A stretch of DNA of 42,073 nt, from NCBI GenBank assembly GCA_012744375.1, contig JAAYCD010000108.1, forward strand, positions 1-42,073, written 5' to 3'. Shown here in pieces: positions 37,941-42,073 of this stretch. Within the stretch, counting starts at the first letter, position 1, and each line of letters begins with the position of its first letter. The notes under the pieces are model-generated. The model had not been told where the DNA came from, did not search any database, and saw only the letters and a program-made list of their open reading frames with translations. The DNA comes from Erysipelotrichaceae bacterium (lineage in GTDB: Bacteria; Bacillota_I; Bacilli_A; RFN20; CAG-826). The position numbers were made by a program, and so were the translations under genes.

Positions 37941-37969
37941 AATACAGTCAACAATTGTTGGCATTATGA

Positions 37970-38752
37970 TTAAAGCTTATAGTCTTTTATATGTGTTAAT
38001 TTGTATTTATCAATTATTTCGCTAGCAACATCAATTTGATTATCAAACTCCAAAGGATGATGAGCATCATAACCAACAACAACTTTGATAGGATATTGAC
38101 TTGCGATTTTCCAAAACTTTACTTCTGGATAAACCATAAAGTCACTATTATTATTCCAAAATCTGCTAGCGTGAATATTAATTTCTAATGGTAGAGCAAG
38201 TTTAACAGCTTCTTCACAAATCGCTCGCGTGACTTTTTCACAATGTTCATTCCAAGTCTTAAACATTGTGACAAACAAATCAGGATGCGCCACATACTTA
38301 AATAAACCACTTTGCATGCCTTTAATTAATTGATCGGCATAGTGATATAATTCACTGATATTGTTCTTGTATTGTTTTATGTATTGTGGGTTATCTGACT
38401 TATCGAAATCAAAGTGTTGTCCAAGAATCAAATAATCGATCTTTCCTGAGGCTAATAGCTCTTGATAATAATTTACAAAGCGATCAGCATATTCCGCTTC
38501 AAAACCAACTTTAATGTCGATTATATCTTTAAATTTATGCTGGAGTTTTCTAGTGGATAGTAAATAATCATTCAGCAAAGTAAAATCGCCACGCGAATGT
38601 GGTTGCTTGATACCTGGTAACATCACATGGTCAGAAAAGCCGAAACGTTTTATTCCTATTTTAATTGCGTTAAGCACGTAATCTTCATCTTCGCCAAAAG
38701 CATGTCCGCATCTACTTGTATGTGTGTGATAACAATAATCTAATTTAATCAT
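37970..38752 (-). CDS. PHP-family phosphatase (HisJ / histidinol-phosphatase-like); substrate uncertain
   Basis: YHTHT.RCGHA, FSDH, GFEAEY, ILGQH, AHPD, LEIN, DAH.P motifs. Confidence 0.88.
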   Translation of the reverse strand: MIKLDYCYHTHTSRCGHAFGEDEDYVLNAIKIGIKRFGFSDHVMLPGIKQPHSRGDFTLLNDYLLSTRKLQHKFKDIIDIKVGFEAEYADRFVNYYQELLASGKIDYLILGQHFDFDKSDNPQYIKQYKNNISELYHYADQLIKGMQSGLFKYVAHPDLFVTMFKTWNEHCEKVTRAICEEAVKLALPLEINIHASRFWNNNSDFMVYPEVKFWKIASQYPIKVVVGYDAHHPLEFDNQIDVASEIIDKYKLTHIKDYKL

Positions 38753-39665
38753 TACTAATTATCCGTTTGTAATTGGCAAAGTTTTGTTTGCAAAGTTTAT
38801 CAAACTCTTCTTTACCATGTTTTTTTATAAATTTTAAGGCAAATTTATCAACGAGCGATCCTGCCCCAAAGGGGAAAGATGTTTTATATTTTTTATCTAG
38901 TTTGTCTTTTTCTAATAAAAAAGCATATCTAGCAACAACACTAGCCAAGGCCACACAAGGATAATAACTTTCACCTTTGGTTTTAAAAACAATGTTTAAG
39001 ACATGTGGTTCGTTAGGGTCGTTTAAATATGAGAAATATTTACTTTCTCCAACAAATTGATCGACGAAGATATTTTTAGTATCTGGGAATTGTTTTAATA
39101 AATTTAATAAGGCCCGATTGTGCATCTTTGCTTTGACCGAATTTAAGTTTTCACCTTTGGCAATGACTTCGTTATATTTTTCATTGGAGATAGTCAGCTT
39201 AGACACTTTAAAAACTTTAAGAAGTGGTGGCACTATTTCTCTAATTCTTTCATCAGTGAGCCGCTTGCTATCCTTTACACCAAATTTTTCTAATATCGGT
39301 ATATCTCTGCCTCTAACGAAAGCTGCGACTACGATTAAAGGAAGGAAGAAATCACCAACGCCAACTTCATCGCTACCAATCTGATTAGAAAAGCATTGCC
39401 AACCAATTGGTTCCTTGACTACTTTTACTTTGTTAATTTCAATATCATTATTCCATTTTTTAGCTTCTAGTAAAGCATCTATGCCAACAAAGGTAATTTT
39501 ATGTTTACCTTTGTTATTTTTATAAATAGTAATCAAAATTTGATTATAGTCAGCTTGAAAAACGATGTATTCACCATTGTTAATTCTTTGATAGCGGTCA
39601 TAAAAAGCTATTATTTCTGCTACTTGTTCGTTAGTAATCGCAAAAGAAATTGTCTCTTTATTCAT
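38745..39665 (-). CDS. rnhC: Ribonuclease HIII
   Basis: N-terminal extension followed by IGSDEVGVGDFF, GVKDSK, VDQF, KGES, VALASVVAR; divergent from mutS2 as in Bacilli. Confidence 0.94.
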   Translation of the reverse strand: MNKETISFAITNEQVAEIIAFYDRYQRINNGEYIVFQADYNQILITIYKNNKGKHKITFVGIDALLEAKKWNNDIEINKVKVVKEPIGWQCFSNQIGSDEVGVGDFFLPLIVVAAFVRGRDIPILEKFGVKDSKRLTDERIREIVPPLLKVFKVSKLTISNEKYNEVIAKGENLNSVKAKMHNRALLNLLKQFPDTKNIFVDQFVGESKYFSYLNDPNEPHVLNIVFKTKGESYYPCVALASVVARYAFLLEKDKLDKKYKTSFPFGAGSLVDKFALKFIKKHGKEEFDKLCKQNFANYKRIISND

Positions 39666-39671
39666 GAAACT

Positions 39672-39720
39672 ATGATACCACTTTTTTATCTATAAAAAAT
39701 GTTTTTTATTGTGTTAGAAT
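39672..39720. promoter_or_regulatory. Back-to-back extended -10 promoters for rnhC and mutS2
   Basis: Minus: TGg-TATCAT (39680-39672). Plus: TGt-TAGAAT (39712-39720). Each -10 ends exactly 6 nt before the ATG; no SD. Confidence 0.65.
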
Positions 39721-39726
39721 GTTCGT

Positions 39727-42030
39727 ATGCAAGATATTTATCAAACATTTGAATTTCATAAAATTAAGGAACACATCCTCGAATATAATAAAACCGAATT
39801 AGGCAAAGTATATACTTCTAGCTTAAAAATGCTTCCTGATATCGATTCGGTTGAGCAAGCTTTGCTGGATTTATCCGAAGTAAGTTCGATTATTGTTCGT
39901 TTTGGTCCACTTCCAATTACTAATTCAGCAAATGCTTTAATGTTAATTGATATGGCCAAAAAGACGGCTTTATTAACTCCGCGAGATTTACATTTAATCG
40001 CAGAAGATGTTTTAACGATTGCGAAGATTTCGACTTTTCTCAAGAAGATTGGTGATTCTTATGAGCGAGTTAAACAGTTAACAAGTGGCTTTATTGATTT
40101 AACAAACTTAGAAAAAGAAATTCACCGCGTTATTACTAATTCTTTAACAGTTGCTGATAATGCTTCGAGTGAACTATTGCAAATTAGAAACAAACTGAAG
40201 AAAGTCGAAAAAAACTTACAAGACAAAATTGCTTCGTTAGCGTTTACTTATTCTAAATTTTTAAATGATGATAATATCACTATTCGCGATGGTCACTTTG
40301 TTTTACCAGTCAAAACTGTTGATAAGAGTAAAGTAACCGGCATTGTTTATGATGTTAGCGATAGTGGTAATACTACCTTCATTGAACCTTTAGAAATCGT
40401 CCAATTAAATAATGAAATTACCGCGCTTAAAGTCCAAGAAAACGAAGAAGTAAGAAAAATTTTAAAAGCACTGACTGCTTTAGTGCTTCTTCAAGAAAAC
40501 GAAATCATTACTAATAATAAAATTATTGCTAAATTAGACTTTTTAAGCGCGAAAGCTTGTTACGCTAAAGAAATAGAAGCGGAAATCGCCACATGTTCTC
40601 GAAAACAAATAATCGATATTAAGGAAGCTAGACACCCGCTAATTGATCAAACTAAAGTTGTGGCTAATTCTTTCTATTTAGATGAAACGCAACCGATCAT
40701 TATTATTTCTGGTCCTAATGCTGGAGGTAAAACTGTTTCTTTAAAGACCGTTGGTTTATTAACGCTCATGCATCAATCAGGACTTGCAGTCCCTGCATTA
40801 AGAGCGACAATCGGTCACTTTAAGCATATTTATATTGATATTGGCGATAACCAATCTCTTTCCGATAATCTATCGACTTTTTCCGCCCATATTTCACAAA
40901 TTGGCGAAATCTTAAAAGTCGTTGGTGGTAAAGACTTAGTGTTGTTAGACGAACTTGGCACAGGTACAGACCCGCAGGCCGGTGAGGCTTTAGCAATTTC
41001 GATTACTAAGTATTTAGAATCTAAACATGCTTTAGCGCTCATTTCTTCGCACTTCAGCGCAATGAAAGAATATGCATTCCTATCTAAAAACATCGCTAAT
41101 GCCAGCATGATTTTTGATGAAGCCAACCTCGCTCCAACGTATCGCTTTAAACAAGGTTCGCCTGGCAAAAGCTATGCTTTAGAAGTCGCGGCTAGATATG
41201 GAATAGAAGATTTTATTATTGATGAGGCGCACCGCTTTTTAGCCAGCCATCATCAAAATGAAAACGCCAAGTTATTAGATATCTTGCAACATAAAATTGA
41301 AGAAGTAGACAAATTACAAAATGAATTAGTTAAAAAAGAAAATGAACTATCACGTCGCGAAAAAACTCTCACAAGCGCTGAAAGTTTATTTGATTCTAGA
41401 AGAGAAAACTTCCTAAAAGACGCCAAAGAAGAAAAAGCAAAACTAATTGAAAACGCAAAAAAAGAAATTTCAGACATCATCGCCAAGATGCATAACTCCG
41501 ATATGCGTGTTCATGAAGTAATCGAACTTAAAAAAGAGCTTGAAAAACTTGAAGAAGTTGAAGAAGAAGAAATATTCGATGAGCAAATTAATGTTAATGA
41601 CTTTGTTTCTATTCCAAGTATGAATATTTCCGGAAGAGTCGTTAGAACAAAAGGCGAAAAAGCCCACATTATCTCTGATAGTGGTCTAGCCTTTGATGTT
41701 TCAAAAAGCAAGTTGAAAAAAATTGCACCTCCAAAAGTAGGCAACACCAAAGTGAAGAAAACCAATTACGATTTAGCGATTAATACTCAGGTTGGGATTG
41801 AGTTAAATATTATTGGTATGCGCGTTGAAGAAGCAAAAAACAATTTAATTAAGTATTTAGATAATTGTCGACTGAAACATTTGTCACAAGTAAGAATCAT
41901 CCATGGCTTTGGTAGTGGAGCCCTACGCAATATGGTGCGCGACTACTTAAAAACCCAAAAGGACCTAACCTTTAGAGCGGGTGGCGAATACGAAGGTGGG
42001 GGCGGTTCGACCGTCGTGATATTTTCCTAA
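39727..42030 (+). CDS. mutS2: MutS2 family ATPase / Smr-domain protein
   Basis: SDSGNT.FIEP, ARHPLI, Walker A GPNAGGKT, LSTFS, LLDELGTGTDP, coiled coil, Smr IIHGFGSGAL. Confidence 0.96.
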   Translation: MQDIYQTFEFHKIKEHILEYNKTELGKVYTSSLKMLPDIDSVEQALLDLSEVSSIIVRFGPLPITNSANALMLIDMAKKTALLTPRDLHLIAEDVLTIAKISTFLKKIGDSYERVKQLTSGFIDLTNLEKEIHRVITNSLTVADNASSELLQIRNKLKKVEKNLQDKIASLAFTYSKFLNDDNITIRDGHFVLPVKTVDKSKVTGIVYDVSDSGNTTFIEPLEIVQLNNEITALKVQENEEVRKILKALTALVLLQENEIITNNKIIAKLDFLSAKACYAKEIEAEIATCSRKQIIDIKEARHPLIDQTKVVANSFYLDETQPIIIISGPNAGGKTVSLKTVGLLTLMHQSGLAVPALRATIGHFKHIYIDIGDNQSLSDNLSTFSAHISQIGEILKVVGGKDLVLLDELGTGTDPQAGEALAISITKYLESKHALALISSHFSAMKEYAFLSKNIANASMIFDEANLAPTYRFKQGSPGKSYALEVAARYGIEDFIIDEAHRFLASHHQNENAKLLDILQHKIEEVDKLQNELVKKENELSRREKTLTSAESLFDSRRENFLKDAKEEKAKLIENAKKEISDIIAKMHNSDMRVHEVIELKKELEKLEEVEEEEIFDEQINVNDFVSIPSMNISGRVVRTKGEKAHIISDSGLAFDVSKSKLKKIAPPKVGNTKVKKTNYDLAINTQVGIELNIIGMRVEEAKNNLIKYLDNCRLKHLSQVRIIHGFGSGALRNMVRDYLKTQKDLTFRAGGEYEGGGGSTVVIFS

Positions 42031-42073
42031 TGAAACAAAAAATTAAAATCGGAATTGAAAACTTAAAGCACTT
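42030..42073 (+). CDS. Start of the next gene, truncated by the window edge
   Basis: TAATG overlap with the mutS2 stop; open frame MKQKIKIGIENLKH to the end of the window. Confidence 0.5.
   Translation, partial: MKQKIKIGIENLKH

Noticed and set aside
37947-37962. GTCAAC-aatt-GTTGGC as a terminator between rluD and the PHP gene
   Set aside because: Short stem with no convincing U-tract on either strand; too weak to call.
37970-38752. PHP gene as a remnant of polX from the rnhC/mutS2 locus
   Set aside because: Motifs and length fit a stand-alone HisJ-like PHP; it is on the rnhC side and has no polymerase X sequence.
1-42073. Prophage, IS element, defence island, tRNA or rRNA
   Set aside because: No integrase, transposase, cas or phage motifs; intergenic gaps are short and mostly explained by promoters, leaders and terminators.

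Overview
AT-rich housekeeping region of a low-GC Bacilli genome. The reduced division cluster and gene content suggest an uncultured, Mollicute-like lineage (inference). There are 34 complete CDSs plus one partial: rplT-rpmI-infC (ATT start, L20 leader), thrS, pfkA, dnaB-dnaI, a MutM-CoaE fusion, polA, dnaE, a DHH phosphoesterase, ackA, glgB-glgP-dUTPase, DUF523, YgjP-like, TrmH-family, pheST, yceD, mraZ-rsmH-small membrane protein, ftsA-ftsZ-lipoprotein nuclease, T-box-ileS-lspA-rluD, a PHP phosphatase, rnhC and mutS2. I saw no mobile element, CRISPR array, rRNA or tRNA, and no self-contained novel accessory system. The best leads are: a DnaA-box cluster with an AT-rich, DUE-like core in front of an inverted dnaB-dnaI pair; TGA absent both as a stop and as a sense codon; the Fpg-CoaE fusion; several apparently leaderless genes; a minimal division cluster whose FtsA lacks an obvious membrane-targeting helix, with a nuclease abutting ftsZ; and non-canonical IleRS signature motifs. 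Several start codons were moved from the ORF track using SD and promoter context. All calls come from motif recognition by eye; no searches were run.
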